From NCBI RefSeq assembly GCF_004010195.1, contig NC_057719.1, positions 15,329,545 through 15,393,544 of the forward strand: 64,000 bases of DNA, in the 5' to 3' direction. This document shows positions 12,088 through 25,300 of this stretch, piece by piece. The notes below the pieces were generated by a model. It was not told where the DNA came from, did not search any database, and saw only the letters and a list, made by a program, of their open reading frames with translations. Source of the DNA: Chiloscyllium plagiosum. Taxonomy: Eukaryota. The stretch's first letter is position 1. The number at the start of each line of letters is the position of its first letter. Both the position numbers and the translations under genes were made by a program.

Positions 12088-13102
12088 AGATCCCTTGTCT
12101 GTCACATAGCATCTATTTTTGCTTCTTTTCTATGTCCTCAAGCATCCATTTTCCAATCATAAGGTAGATTAGTGAGTTTTCTCATGTCTGTATGCATGTC
12201 TAATTCTCCGCTCTCTTTCTCTTTCTCTCTCTATAATTAGTAATTGAGAGAATAGGAATGTCCCATTGCCTGAATTTTGAAAATGAGAATAATTCTTAAA
12301 GAAGCAAAAGCTGGCATCTTTTGCCAAAAGATAAAAAAAATCAAGATCCAGAATATTACTTGGGAGATCAGGTGAGGTATGCTGCATGGAAGAAAGGAGG
12401 TGAGAGATGTAAAAACAAACAAAGCGTGCAGTATTTTTGAATTGATTGCACCTGATGCAGAGTTCACAGCTTAAATTGCAAAAAAGGTATTTTAAGAAAG
12501 AGATTGTTGGTAATGGGCACGAGCAAAAGAAAAATTTTTCTTGAAATTTTTTTTGCAATTTAAGCTGTGAATTCTGCAGCAGGTACAATCAATTCAAAAG
12601 TACTGCACAACACTCAATCTGAGAGCAAAGCAGATGCTGAATGTTGAAGAAAGAGAAGCAAAGTGATACTATCAGAACCTACTTGTACAGCCTAGGAGTT
12701 TTTTCTGAATTTCCTGGTTTACTTGAACATAATCTGTACAATTTGTGTAAACAGATCTGTACTCAGAAATGAATAGATCGCTTTTGCATTTAAACACTTT
12801 ACATCTCTCACCTCCTTTCTTCCATGCAGCATATCTCACACATGACATTCTGGATCTTGATTTTTTTTACCTTGTGGCAAAAGATGCCAGCTTTTGCTTC
12901 TTTGAGAATTATCCCCGTGTTCAAAATTTCAGCCATTGGGATGTGCCTAGTCTCCCCATTACTAATCGTAAGAACAGAGAGAGAATCAGAAATGCACGCA
13001 AGCAAGAGAAAACTCACTAGTCTACATTATGACTGGAAAATGGATGCTTGAGGACACAAAGGAGGTGACAGAAAGACAGATGCAATATGATACACGGGAT
13101 CT
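12088..13102. repeat. Large nested inverted repeat (fold-back or MITE-like)
   Basis: Outer arms about 12088-12413 and 12798-13102; inner arms about 12426-12486 and 12548-12608; mirrored ORFs in the track. Confidence 0.85.
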
Positions 13103-13916
13103 ACAGAATGAGTATCTCATAGCATTCAGTGGCATAAACGTTGCTGAATGTCCCATTGTCAACGTCCTGTGGGGTGCGGGGTGATGAAGGCAGAAATGAA
13201 GAACGATGGAATACTCTCCATCTGCCAGGATGAGAGCAGCTCGAAAACACTTGAAGTTTAATGATATCCAGGAAAGACCACACTTTGTTGTCACTCTATC
13301 CAATATCTTCAACATTCATTCGTTCCACCATCAACAGGTAGTATGCACCATCTACAAGACATACTGCAGTAGTTCATCATAGCTTCTGTAACATCACTTT
13401 CCAAACCCACATGCTGTAACACCTAGAAGGACAATGTCATAAGATTCATAGGAACATCACCACCTGCTAGCTCCCGTACAAGCCATACTCCCTTCTGATT
13501 TGGAACTATATTGTCGCTCCTTCACTGTCATCAGGTCAAGATCCTGGAAGTCACTTCCTAACAGCATTGTAGGTATAGAGAAACGTAAGATACAACAGGC
13601 AAGAGTGCGATAACAAAACATACAGATAGAAAGAAACTGGGAGACATACACACATATCCAACCACAGACTAGACAGACAGAAATGGAAAATGAATTTTTT
13701 CATTTTCCGTAAAGGATGGAATTCTTTCATGAGTTAACTGCAAGTGATGATTTCCATAAAATTGTGAAGAATTGGACAAAACTATCTGTTAAGTACTTGT
13801 AAGATGGGCACAGCTGGCAAGGATGCTTTAAATTTAAAGAGAGAAGGAGAGTCAGAATTTCCACAATAAAGTAAAGCATAGGATAAAAGATGTGACCTCA
13901 CCTCAATTTTCTCTAG

Positions 13917-13989
13917 GTGTTCCCTGTATCACGGACTGTGTGATGGCAGAAATTGAGAAACTGGGACAGAAGTACAGAGTTGCGCTAAG
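13917..13989 (+). CDS. FCF1: FCF1 exon 5 (CVPCITDCVMAEIEKLGQKYRVAL)
   Basis: ttctctag| ... |gtaaaa; 73 nt. Confidence 0.96.
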
Positions 13990-15074
13990 GTAAAACAACT
14001 TCTCAAACAGGTTCATCAATGTTTCACTGTAATTCAGATATTCAGCTAGGAATAATTATACTTTTTAATTATTCATTTGTTGCGAAAGATGATGTCAAGG
14101 TCAGCATTGATTACTCATGCCCATTTGTACTTGAGATGGTCATTGTGAGCCACTTTTTGAACAACTGCAGTCGGTATTGTGAAAGTACACTGTTTAGGAG
14201 GGTTCCTGGGATCTTGACTGAACATTGATGAAGGAACAGTGAATCAATTTCCAAGTCAGGATGCAGAGAAATTTGGAGTGGTGTTCCCATGGGCAAGTTG
14301 TGTTTAACCATTTAAAGATGCTCGTTTTTCATTCCACATTTATTTAATTGACTGAACTTGAATTCTGCATCTACAATGGTGGCATTTAAACACCCATTTC
14401 TATCATTTGCGCAGGCCTTGAGCTTGCTGGCAGGAGTTTTCAAAATGCAGTGGGTAGCATCTCTCTCTTTCCGAGCAAAAAGCTCTGGATTCAAGACCCA
14501 CATTAGGACTTGATGGTCATGGAAGATACCGTGCCCTCAAACAGGCCGAACAACGTAGCCAGAAAGATGACTTGGCAATCTGTAAATCCTTCTCCTGTGC
14601 CTGCTACTAGCAGTAAGAACGGGAAAGTACTCTGGTCAATCAGAATCCCACATTTAGTAGGTTTAGCACAAGAACTTCCCACATGGAAAGACTCAACACA
14701 GCGGTTCTTGCCACGAGCTATATTCTTTGGTAAGTATCCTCCCAGAAGGTGCAGCTCACTAGTCCAGTAACATAATCATTACGTACAGAGTTCCTGAGGC
14801 ACTGAAAATGCAAGCAGTAGCTATTCTTGTGCATATTTTAAGCATGAGATCTCCTGTCCTTAAGTGTTGCAGAAGAACTTTTGAGTATTTCTCTAGCTGT
14901 CTAGGCAAGTGAAGACATGCTAAGATAGAAATCTAGGATTTACCAACAGGAATAATTCTAACACATAGAAGCCAAAAATATCTACAGAAAAGAAATTGGC
15001 AATATGTTCATTGTCAGTCATTGGAAGACCATAATGTATTCCTGAATTTATAACATTTTTGTTTACTTTTCCAG

Positions 15075-15162
15075 AATAGCAAAGGATCCACGGTTCGAGC
15101 GATTACCTTGCACACACAAAGGAACATATGCTGATGATTGTCTAGTGCAGAGAGTCACACAG
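15075..15162 (+). CDS. FCF1: FCF1 exon 6 ([30 protein letters not shown])
   Basis: ttttccag| ... |gtaagt; 88 nt. Confidence 0.97.
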
Positions 15163-15277
15163 GTAAGTAAAAAATGTACTCATTGTTTTTAAAATATTTT
15201 GGTAAATAAGCATTTTAGTTGTTTCTCCCCAACCGATATCTACCTTTTTTAATGACATTGGGCTAGTATTTTGCAAG

Positions 15278-15443
15278 GAGAAAGTGAGGTCTGCAGACGC
15301 TGGAGATCAGAGCTGAAAATGTGTTGCTGGAAAAGCGCAGCAGGTCAGGCAGCATCCAGGGAACAGGAGAATCGACGTTTCGGGCATCTGTTCCCTGGAT
15401 GCTGCCTGACCTGCTGCGCTTTTCCAGCAACACATTTTCAGCT
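15278..15443. mobile_element. PLE-derived terminal hairpin insertion with TSD
   Basis: Self-complementary arms; TATTTTGCAAG at 15267-15277 and 15446-15456. Confidence 0.8.
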
Positions 15444-16375
15444 ACTATTTTGCAAGTACCGCCAGTGTCTTGCAACTCACACAAATGGCCATTCTTCATA
15501 TGTAGCCATGAGAAATATAACTTCGCCCATTGTCTGTCCGCTTGCATGTTCCCAGCAATCTTTATTAAGTAATGGGTGTAACATGGCGTAGGGCAACGGT
15601 AGCACCCCGAACTACTATTCCAATTGTGATGATGTAATACATCCAAGATTGGGGTGTGAATGTGAGACATACCTTATAATTGTGTCCATTCAGGCCTTAA
15701 ATTTACTTGCAAGATTGTAACAGTAGCCCAGATTATTTGTATTTCTTCTTGAGTCCCGTCCCTGTACACAAACTTGAGTTTAACTGTTGGAGAAAATCAT
15801 ATTCTAGTACATTGCTAAAAGAGATATTTTGCTCCAGTGAGTTTGAACTGACGGTTTCGAAGAGCAATTCACTTCATTGTACTCCTCTGATTTTTCCCCC
15901 TATTTCTGCAATCTTTTTTTTCCTTCAACTAATTTGGCTGTTCCCATTTTAAAACTATTGAATTTCTACATGCTAACTTCTCAGGCTCTGCATTCCAAAT
16001 CATGACGACCCTTTTGAATGAAGTCTTTTCCTTATCACCTCTAGATCTTCAAACAGTCACCTTTAAATTTGTGCCACCTATTACCAAAGCTTCAACTAGA
16101 TAAAAAAATTCTCTTTATTGACTCTTATCCAAAAGTTGTGCTATTTTAAACAACTCAACCAAATTTGCTGTTGGCCTTCTCTACTTTAAAGAGAACAGAC
16201 CAGTTTCTCCAGTCTATCCAGAAAGTTTGTAATTCTTCATTCCTGGGTGCACTCTAGTAAATCTCACTTGTGTCTCCTCCAACAGTCTCGCAATCATCCT
16301 GAAGTGCAATGCCTATAATTAGAGGGTTTGTTTTCAAAAGGCAACTTTCAAATTTCCTTACGCTCACATTTGCAG

Positions 16376-16470
16376 CACAAATGTTACATTGTGGCGACAG
16401 TGGACAGAGATCTCAAGAGGAGGATCCGAAAAATTCCGGGAGTCCCTATTATGTACATCTCTAATCATAG
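16376..16470 (+). CDS. FCF1: FCF1 exon 7 ([31 protein letters not shown])
   Basis: tttgcag| ... |gtgaga; 95 nt. Confidence 0.97.
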
Positions 16471-18344
16471 GTGAGAACATTTAAGAAAAGAAAAAGCTTT
16501 TTATGCTACTCACTGTCTATCAAATAGGACCCAACCTTGACAGTTTCTTTCTTATAAAATTCATATCCTTATGGTCTTTGAATTCAAAATCTACCAATTG
16601 TCTTCTGAATCTTGGCAAGTTAGACAAAGCAAAGCCAATGGATGTGATCTTTGACAAGCTGCCATCAATCATGTGGAGAAATCCACAGGTTCACTACCCT
16701 TTTGAATGAATAAATATTTACTCATCAAATGAGAAGGTTGTACAAGACTCTGGTCCGACCACATTTGGCATATTGAGAGCTGTTTTGGGCCACGACACGA
16801 AGGAAGGATGTGCTAGCGTTGGAGGAGGGTCTAGAGGAAGTCTGTAAGAATAGAATAGCTTTCATTGTCATGTGCGCTCGAAGTAGCCGATCTGATACAC
16901 AAGGTAAATAAGATAAGATCCCTAGTTAGGAACAAGGGACTGGCAGGGATAGAAGATTGGCTGACCAGAAAAAGGCAGAGAATGGCAATAAAGGTGTGTT
17001 TTTGCAGCTGGTGACTAATGGGGTTCTGCAGGGGTCAGTAAAACACAACTACTTGTGTTATACATTGATGATCTGGATGAAGGAATGGAGGGTATTGTTG
17101 CTTGGTTTGCCGTTATCGCAAAGGTACGTTGAAGAATAGGTACTGTTGAGGAAGCAGGAAGTCTGTAGAGCGACTTGGACAGGGTGGGAGACCGGGTAAA
17201 GAAATGATAGATGGAATATGGTGGGAAGGTGAGACCTTATGCACTTTAGTAGAAAGAGTAGAGATACAGATAATTTTCCAAATGGAGAAGGGCTTTGGAA
17301 ATCTGAAGCACAAAGGAACTTAGGAGTCCTAGTTCAGGATTCCTTTAAGAATCGTAGGAAGGATGTGCTGGCGTTGGAGGAGGGTTGAGAGGAAGTCTAC
17401 AAAAATAAAATAGCCTTCATTGTCACATGCACACGATTGAATGCAGCAAAAAGTTAGTAATGTCGTCTCTTGGTGCCACCTTAGATACAGGATTCCAAGA
17501 TACAGATACTTTAAGTGTTACAGAATTTAAATAGTAAAAAAAAAAGTAGGCTAGCATAGGAATAGTTCATTTAAATAGTACAGAATGAGGATCAAGTGTC
17601 TTTTAAAGTACTCAAGTTATAGTACTTTTTTCAGAGTGCATATCCGCCAGGCTTCAGAATATGCGGCAGTGTTGCCTGCACACTCTGGCCTCCGTCCAAG
17701 ACTCGCCTCTAAGACTCATCCTCTGGCCAGTCTGTGCTCACTCTGCTGTTCCGGCTCCAGCCACAACTTGGCTCCCAGCGCTGCCATGCTCGCTGTGCTC
17801 TCCATTCCGCAACTCACTTCCAGGACTAAGCCCACACACGCTCTGCTGCTGCTGCTCCAGGCTTTGGCTGTGACTGACTTCCAGGACTCGGCCTGTGATC
17901 GCTGCGCTCTCTTCTAGCCCCAACTCACTTTTGAGATTCGACGCACCCTCGCTCTGCTTTCCACTCTGCGCTCCAGCCTGCAACTCGTTTCCTGGACTCG
18001 ACACATGATCGCCCTGCTCCCACTCTGGTTGGAACTCACTTCCGGGACTCGGCACAAGGCCACTCTGCTGCAGCTTGGCCGCGACTAATCTCCGAGTCGG
18101 GCTGATCTAGGACTCGGTTTTCCTTTCCCTCCAGGTAAGGTACTTTTAAGAAGTTAAAAGTTGGGTGGAGAAAGAAAACTGCAGCGAGAGGGAGAAAAAA
18201 AGAGGAAAAGGAGCTGGTGAGCAGAGGAGGACCAGTTCCAAAAACGCACAACCCAGATGGCCTCCTTCTTCAAGGACCGCAATTTCCCCCCCCGACGTGG
18301 TCGACGATGCCCTCCACCGCATCTCTTCCACTTCCCGCTCCTCC

Positions 18345-18689
18345 NNNNNNNNNNNNNNNNNNNNNNNNNNNNNNNNNNNNNNNNNNNNNNNNNNNNNNNN
18401 NNNNNNNNNNNNNNNNNNNNNNNNNNNNNNNNNNNNNNNNNNNNNNNNNNNNNNNNNNNNNNNNNNNNNNNNNNNNNNNNNNNNNNNNNNNNNNNNNNNN
18501 NNNNNNNNNNNNNNNNNNNNNNNNNNNNNNNNNNNNNNNNNNNNNNNNNNNNNNNNNNNNNNNNNNNNNNNNNNNNNNNNNNNNNNNNNNNNNNNNNNNN
18601 NNNNNNNNNNNNNNNNNNNNNNNNNNNNNNNNNNNNNNNNNNNNNNNNNNNNNNNNNNNNNNNNNNNNNNNNNNNNNNNNNNNNNNNNN
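18345..18689. other. Assembly gap (345 N)
   Basis: Run of N. Confidence 1.
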
Positions 18690-19017
18690 TGGACTCCTCC
18701 ATCGCCAGACCACAACAACACGACGGTTGGAGGAAGAACGCCTCATCTTCCGCCTAGGAACCCTCCAACCATAAGGGATGAACTCGGATTTCACCAGTTT
18801 CCTCATTTCCCCTCCCCCCACCTTGACTCAGTCAAATCCCTTGAATTCAGCACCGCCTTCCTAACCTGCAATCTTCTTCCTGACCTCTCCGCCACCACCC
18901 CAGTCTGACCTATCACCCTCACCTTGACCTCTTTCCACCTATCACATTTCTGACGCCCCTCCCCCAAGTCCCTCCTCCCTACCTTTTATCTTAGCCTGCT
19001 GGACAAACTTTCCTCTC

Positions 19018-19045
19018 CTGAAGAAGGGCTTATGCCCGAAACGTC
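19018..19045 (+). ncRNA. Minimal type-I hammerhead ribozyme motif in a PLE terminal repeat
   Basis: CTGAAGA-A-GGGC-TTAT-GCCC-GAAA-CG-TC: catalytic boxes plus stem II; PLEs are known to carry minimal hammerheads. Confidence 0.7.
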
Positions 19046-20674
19046 GATTCTCCTGTTTCCTGGATGCTGCCTGACCTGCTGCGCTTTTCCAGCAACACAT
19101 TTTCAGCGCTGGTGAGCAGAGGAGCCCTGGCTGGAGCATCTTACTTTAGCCACCATAATGAACCCCAGGATGAAGCTGCTTATCATATGAGGAGCAGGTT
19201 AAGTACTCTGGGTCTGCATCAATGGAGTTTAGAAGGATGAGGGGGTATATGATTGAAACTTAGTATACTGAGAGGCTTGGATGGAATGAATGTGGAGAAG
19301 ATGTTTCCACTGGCAGGAGAGACTTGGACTTGAGGGTACAGTCTCAGAGTGAAAAACATCTTGAGTATTGCAGAAGAAGATCCATTTTGCTAAAACCTTT
19401 CATGTTCCACCCATCGGCACTGGTGTCCTTGTACACTAATCAATGAAAATAGACCTGTGCAACAACAACTCAGAAGACAAATAGTATATTGGTCTTCACT
19501 GCAAGAGGATTTAAGTTCAGGAGTCTTCTCTTGTTGCCATTATTCAGGGCCTTGGTGAGACCATTTTTGGTGTATTTCCTGCAGTTTGGATCACTCTACC
19601 GGATATATTTGCCTTCAAGAAAGTGAACCTCTGTTGCACTAAGCTGATAGGTCAGTCCCGCCATTCCGTCTGTGATGAAAGATTATTCAATTAAGCTTGT
19701 ATTCATAACAAATTAGAAAGATGAGAGCGGATCTAATTGAAACGTACAAATTCTAACCTGGCCGGACGGACTAGATATAGGGATGATGTTTTCCCTGTTT
19801 GCAGGAGTCTAGAACCAGGGATCGTGGCTTTAGAATATGAGGTAGACTACTTAGGACTGAGATGAGAAAATATTTCTTCATTCAAAGGGTAGTGAACCTA
19901 TGGAATTTTCTTCAGAAGTTGTGGAGACCAAGGCACTAAATATATGAAAGAAAATTTTTTTTTAAATTTTAAGGGCATCAAGGAGTATGGAAATAAAGTG
20001 GGAATATGTCACTGAGATAGCAAATCAGCAGAAATCCTGTTGAAGGGCAGAGACCTTCCAAATGGCCTGCTATGCAAAGGCATTGGACTATTAATCCAGA
20101 AACTCAGGTAATTTTCTGGGGAGCTGGCTTCGAATCCTGCCATGGCAGATAGTGGAATTTGAATTCAAAATAAAATCAGGGATTAGGAATCCATTGATGA
20201 TCACAAAACCATTATCAATTGTCGGGAAAAATGCTTGTTTACTAATGTCATTTGGAGAAGGAAACAGCTGTCCTTACCTGGTCTGGCCTACATGTGACTC
20301 GACCCACAGCAATGTGGTTGACTCTCAACTGCTCTCTAGTAATTCAGGATGGACAATAAATGTTGGCTAAACTAGTGATACCTTCATTCCCATGAAGATG
20401 TTTTTTTTTAAAAAATCCTAATTTCTATATTTTTATGCCAGAATGTCAATAATGGGAAAAGCCAACAGCTATACTACATGAGAGACGCTACTCTTTGGTA
20501 GCCAAGTAGACTCTGATTGATAGAGTGTTGCTGTGGAAAATGTAGCAGATAATGATTGACTACTAATTGCGAGACTCTGTTTAAATTTGAAATTAGGCAG
20601 GTTGACTCTGGTCAGGGAATTCCCCTGAGAAATGAATCTGCAAAAGGCTGTCACCTATTTTGATCTTGAAACAG

Positions 20675-21250
20675 TGTGATGATGTTGCCCCTTTAACAAG
20701 GTTATTTTGTCCTTGTTTTTTTTTAAAAGAGGGGTCGTAAAAGCAGAGGTGTCAATATGTCCGGAAGTGGCTACTTAAAACAGTGGAAGGGAAGTGGCAG
20801 TTCAGGGTTTTTTTTTCTAGTTTGGTTTGTTTCTAACAGAACCTACTGGTAATGAAAGCAGCTACAGTGAAAAGAAGGTTCCATGCTTCAACAGATATTT
20901 CTCGCCTGACTCTTCTCTCTGAACTCTCTCCTGCCTATAAGAGCCTGTGTTTGAATTTACCTTTGGCCAGGGGGTGTGTTTATGGGATGTGGTGGGAATT
21001 GGAACAGCTCCTATGTTAAGTTGCAATATTAAGTCGGTTGGATTTTCAAATAAGTTATTCTAAGTTCTGTTTTCTTTTATTTGTGTTTCAACCGTTGTGT
21101 TTAAATAAATTCTGTTTTGCTTAAAGCTGAGTAGTTTGACCAGCTGCATTACTCCTGGAATATCTGCTTACATCTACCTTTAAAATTAGAAAAAGTTAGG
21201 GTCTAGGCTACCTTAAAATGTTTTGAGGGGGTCTGGCCCGATCAATAAGA
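20675..21250 (+). mobile_element. Solo LTR (576 bp) with 4-bp TSD ACAG
   Basis: Starts TGTGAT and ends AATAAGA (degenerate ..ACA); ACAG at 20671-20674 and 21251-21254; internal AATAAA near 21103. Confidence 0.6.
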
Positions 21251-21869
21251 ACAGGCATACTGTGCACATTTATCCTATCAGCAAAGAACAGGGCCCTATG
21301 TATTAACATATGTAGTTTCTGGTACATTCAAAATTGGCATACTGCAAGCCTAATAAACAAACCTAAGCTGGTTCTTCAAGTTGTTCTTCACACACAAGAT
21401 TATGTAGTAAATGTTGTCCAATTGTAGAATCACATATAATGTTTGACACTATTGCAGGTTTTGCAAGTGTGGGCTGGTTGGGTATGGTCAGTACCTTACT
21501 TGTTCAAAACAGCCAAAGGGATATGCTGCTAGGATCCGCCAGTCTTGTTGATGTACAGACGATATAACTGGCATCACATTGGTGCTGGCACTCATACAGC
21601 ATATTATTCATTTATGTGATAGGCAAAATGTCTTTTTGGCTTGATAGTCACATTTTGTTGTGGCAAAGACCACTTGTGTTGCTATTGTGTAGTAACAGTG
21701 TGAAACAGCTGTCCATGATGGGACACTACAATTGAACCACCATGTCCTCAAAATGAACTTATTTGCTGATACAGTCTTATGTTTGTACACTATTTCATAC
21801 TCTCACACTCTCATTATTTAAACATCATCTCATACAACTGCCTTATGCTTTCCCCTAAAATCTCCCATC

Positions 21870-22328
21870 TCCAAATGAGGATATGCTGCAGCTCTTTCGA
21901 ACCCTGGTTAGACCACACTTGGAATATGTTCAGTTCCAGTTGCCTCATTATAGGAAAGATGTGGAAGCTTTAGAAAGAGTGCAGGAGAGATTTATCAGGA
22001 TGCTGCTGGACTGGAGAGCATGTCTTATGAAGAAAGGTTGAGGGATCTAGGGCTTTTCCCATTGGAGCGAAGAAGAATGAGAGGTGACTTGATAGAGATG
22101 TACAAGATGTTGAGAGGCATAGACAGAGTGGATAGCCAGAGACATTTTCCCATGGCGTAAATGTCTATCACGAGGGGGCATAATTTTAATGTATTTGGAA
22201 GAAGGTTTAGGGAAGATGTCAGAGGTAGTTCTTTACTCCGAGAGTAGTGGGTGCATGGAATGCACTGTCAGCAGTGGTAGTAGAGTCAGATACATTAGGG
22301 ACATTTAAGTGACTCTTGGATAGGCATA
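21870..22328 (+). mobile_element. CR1 3' fragment, host of the nested CR1; continues at 26461-26582
   Basis: RT C-terminal sequence breaks at GGATAGGCATA and resumes at GCATATGGAAG with the 3' UTR. Confidence 0.8.
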
Positions 22329-25300
22329 GAACATAGAAAAGTACAGCACAGAACAGGCTCTTCGGCCCACAATGTTGTGCCGAGGATTATTCCTAATCTA
22401 AAATAAAATAACCTAAGCTACGCACTTCTCAATTCACTGCTATCCATATGCATGTCCAGCAGTCGCTTAAATATCCCTAATGACACTGCTTCCACCACCA
22501 CCGCTGGCAATGCATTCCATGCATTCACAATTCTCTGTGTAAAGAACCTACTCTGACATCTCCTCTATATCTTCCTCCTTATATCTTAAAACTATGACCC
22601 CTCATGCCAATCAGTCCTGCCTTGGAGAAAAGTATCAGGCTATTGACTCTATCCATATCTCTCATTACCTTGTATACCTCGATCAGGTCACCTCTCTTCC
22701 TCCTTCTCTCAAGAGAGAAGTCTGAGCTTAGTCAACCTCTCTTCATAAGGCAGCCCTCCACTCCAGGCAGCATCCTGGTAAACCTTCTTTGCACCCTTTT
22801 CAAAGCCTCCATAACTTTCCTATAGTAGGGTGACCAGAACTGGAAACAATATTCCAAGCCTGGTCTCACCAGGATTTTGTAGAGCTGCAGCAAACCATCC
22901 CCCCCCCAACCCCATTAATGCCACAACACCATATGCTTTCTTAACAACCTTATCCACTTGGGTGGCAACTTTGAGGGATCTATGCACTCGAACACCAAGA
23001 TCCCTCTGTTCCTCCACACTGCCAAGAATCCTGTCTTTAATCCTATATTCAGCATTCGAGTTCGACCTTCCAAAATGCATCACTTCGCATTTATCCAGGT
23101 TGAACTCCATCTGTCATTTCTCAGCCCAGCTCTGCATCCTGTTTCTGGCACTCTGCAGCCTGCAATAGCCCTCGATACTATCAACGGCACCTCCAACCTT
23201 TGTGTCATCTGAAAATTTACTAACCCGCCCCTCAACCTCCTCATCCAAGTCATTCATACAAACTACAAAGAGTAGAGGCCCAAGAACAAGAGCCCTGCAG
23301 GACACCACTCACCACTGACTTCCAGGCAGAGTACTTTCCATTTACAACCACTCTCTGCCTTCTGTCGGCCAACCAATCCTGAATCCAGACAGCCAAATCT
23401 CCCTGTATACCATACTTCCTGACTATATGAATGAACCTACCATGGGGAACCTTATCAAATGCTTTGAAGTCCATATACACCACATCCACTGCTCGACGTT
23501 CGTCGACCTCCTCAAGGAACTGAATAAGATTTGTAAGGCACGACCTGCCCTCAGAAAGCCACGCTGACTGCCTTTAATCACACTATGCTTTTCCAATTAG
23601 TCATAAATCCTATCCCTCAGAATTCTTCCCAAAACATTGCTGACCAATGATGTAAGACTGACTGGTCTGTAATTTCCAGGGATTTCCCTATTACCCTTCT
23701 TGAAAAGAGGAACAACATTCGCCTCCCTCCAAACCTCCAGGGTATGACTCCCGTGGAGAGCGAGGAAGCAAAGATTTTCGCCAGCAGCTTAGCAATCTCC
23801 TTTCTTGCTTCCCCGGAGCAACCTCGGATAAATCTGGTCTGGTTCTGGGGATTTATCAATCTTAGTGTTTGCCAAAATTTCCAGTACATCAACTTCATCA
23901 ATCTTGATCTGTTCAACCTGTTTCCCAGCTCCTCAAGTTTTCATCCACAACAAGGTCCGTTTTCTTAGTGAAAACCGAAAAAAAAAAACACATTTAGGGC
24001 TTCTCCTATCTGTTCAGACTCCACACATAAGTCCCCTATGCTATCTTCCCCCGATCATTCTCTTGTTCCTCACCTATGAGTAAAATGGCTTTAGGTATTC
24101 CCTATTTCTTCCTGCCAAGCCTTTTTTGTGCCCCCTCCTGGCTCTCCTCAATCCATTTCTGAGCTCTTTTTTAGTAAGCCTGTAATCCTCTAAAGCTGTG
24201 CTAGATCCATGTTTCCTTCACATTACCTAAGTTGCCTTCTTCCTTTTAACGAGAAGCTCCTCTGTTCTTGTCATCCAAGGCTCCTTAACCTTACCCCTTC
24301 CTGCCTGTCTCAGAGGAACAAATTTGTGCATCACTTGCAACAACTGCTCCTTAAACTGTCTCCACATGTCTGTTGGGTCCTTTCTGCGTCATAATTTCCT
24401 TTTCCCAAATTAAATATCCTCCCTTGGTAACTGCTCGTTTCCCTCTCCAAGGCTATGATAAACGTGAGACAATTGTGGTCACTGTCACCAAAGTGTTCTC
24501 CCACTGCGAGATCTGACACCTGTCCTGGCTCATTGTCAAGCACCAAATCCAAAATGGCCTCTCCCCTCGTTGCCTGTCTACATACCGAGTAAGGAAACCC
24601 TCCTGAACACACCTGACAAATATGGCTCCATCCAACCCATCTGCACTAAGGAGGTTCCAGTCAATATTGGGAAAGTTGAAGTCCCGCATAACAACAACCC
24701 TGCTACATGTGCATTTTTCCAAAATCTGCCAGCCAATGAATTCTTCAATTTCCCTACTGCTATTAGGGGGTCTTTAGAAAACCCCCTATGAGGTGGTTGC
24801 TCCCTTGGTGTTCCTAACTTCCACCCATACAAACCTTCCTCAACAACCTTCATTTCTGTAGCTGTGATGCACTCTCTGATTAACAATGCTACACCCCCTC
24901 CTCTTTTTCCATCCTCCCTGTTCTTTTTGAACGTTCTAAACTCTGGAACATCTAGCAACCATTCTTGCCCCTGTGAAACCCACGTCTCCGTTATGGCCAC
25001 AACATCATAATCCCAAGTACCGATCCATGCTCTTAAGTTTATCACTCTTATTTCTGACACTCCTTGTGTTAAAGCAGACACACTTTAACCGATCCCTTTG
25101 TTCCAACACATGTTTAACCCTCCCAGTAGATTTACTCCATCCTATCAGTTCCCCATATCTAACTACCCCCCTCTCAGATATGTAGCTGTGGTTCCCACCC
25201 ACCAACCAAACTAGTTTAAACCCTTCCAAACCGCATGAGCAAACCTCTCACCCAGGACATTTGTGCCCCTCCAATTCAGGTGCAACCTGTCCTTCATGTA

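Larger units (their letters stand above)
18230..19107 (+). mobile_element. Penelope-like element 3' part spanning an assembly gap, with a 17-bp TSD
   Basis: GLLHRQTTTTRRLEEERLIFRLGTLQP GIY-YIG C-terminus; GCTGGTGAGCAGAGGAG at 18213-18229 and 19108-19124. Confidence 0.85.

Noticed and set aside
13741-13800. GTGATGA C-box-like motif with CAAG/CTTG ends upstream of FCF1 exon 5
   Set aside because: No CTGA D box at the expected position.
17585-18229. GC-rich Leu/Ser/Ala ORFs with a CCAG|GTAAGG donor, as a possible nested gene
   Set aside because: Composed of degenerate GGACTC-containing subrepeats and embedded between TE pieces; most likely part of a repeat element, with no protein similarity I can recognise.
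18146-18908. Long ORFs in all six frames
   Set aside because: Artefact of the 345-N gap.
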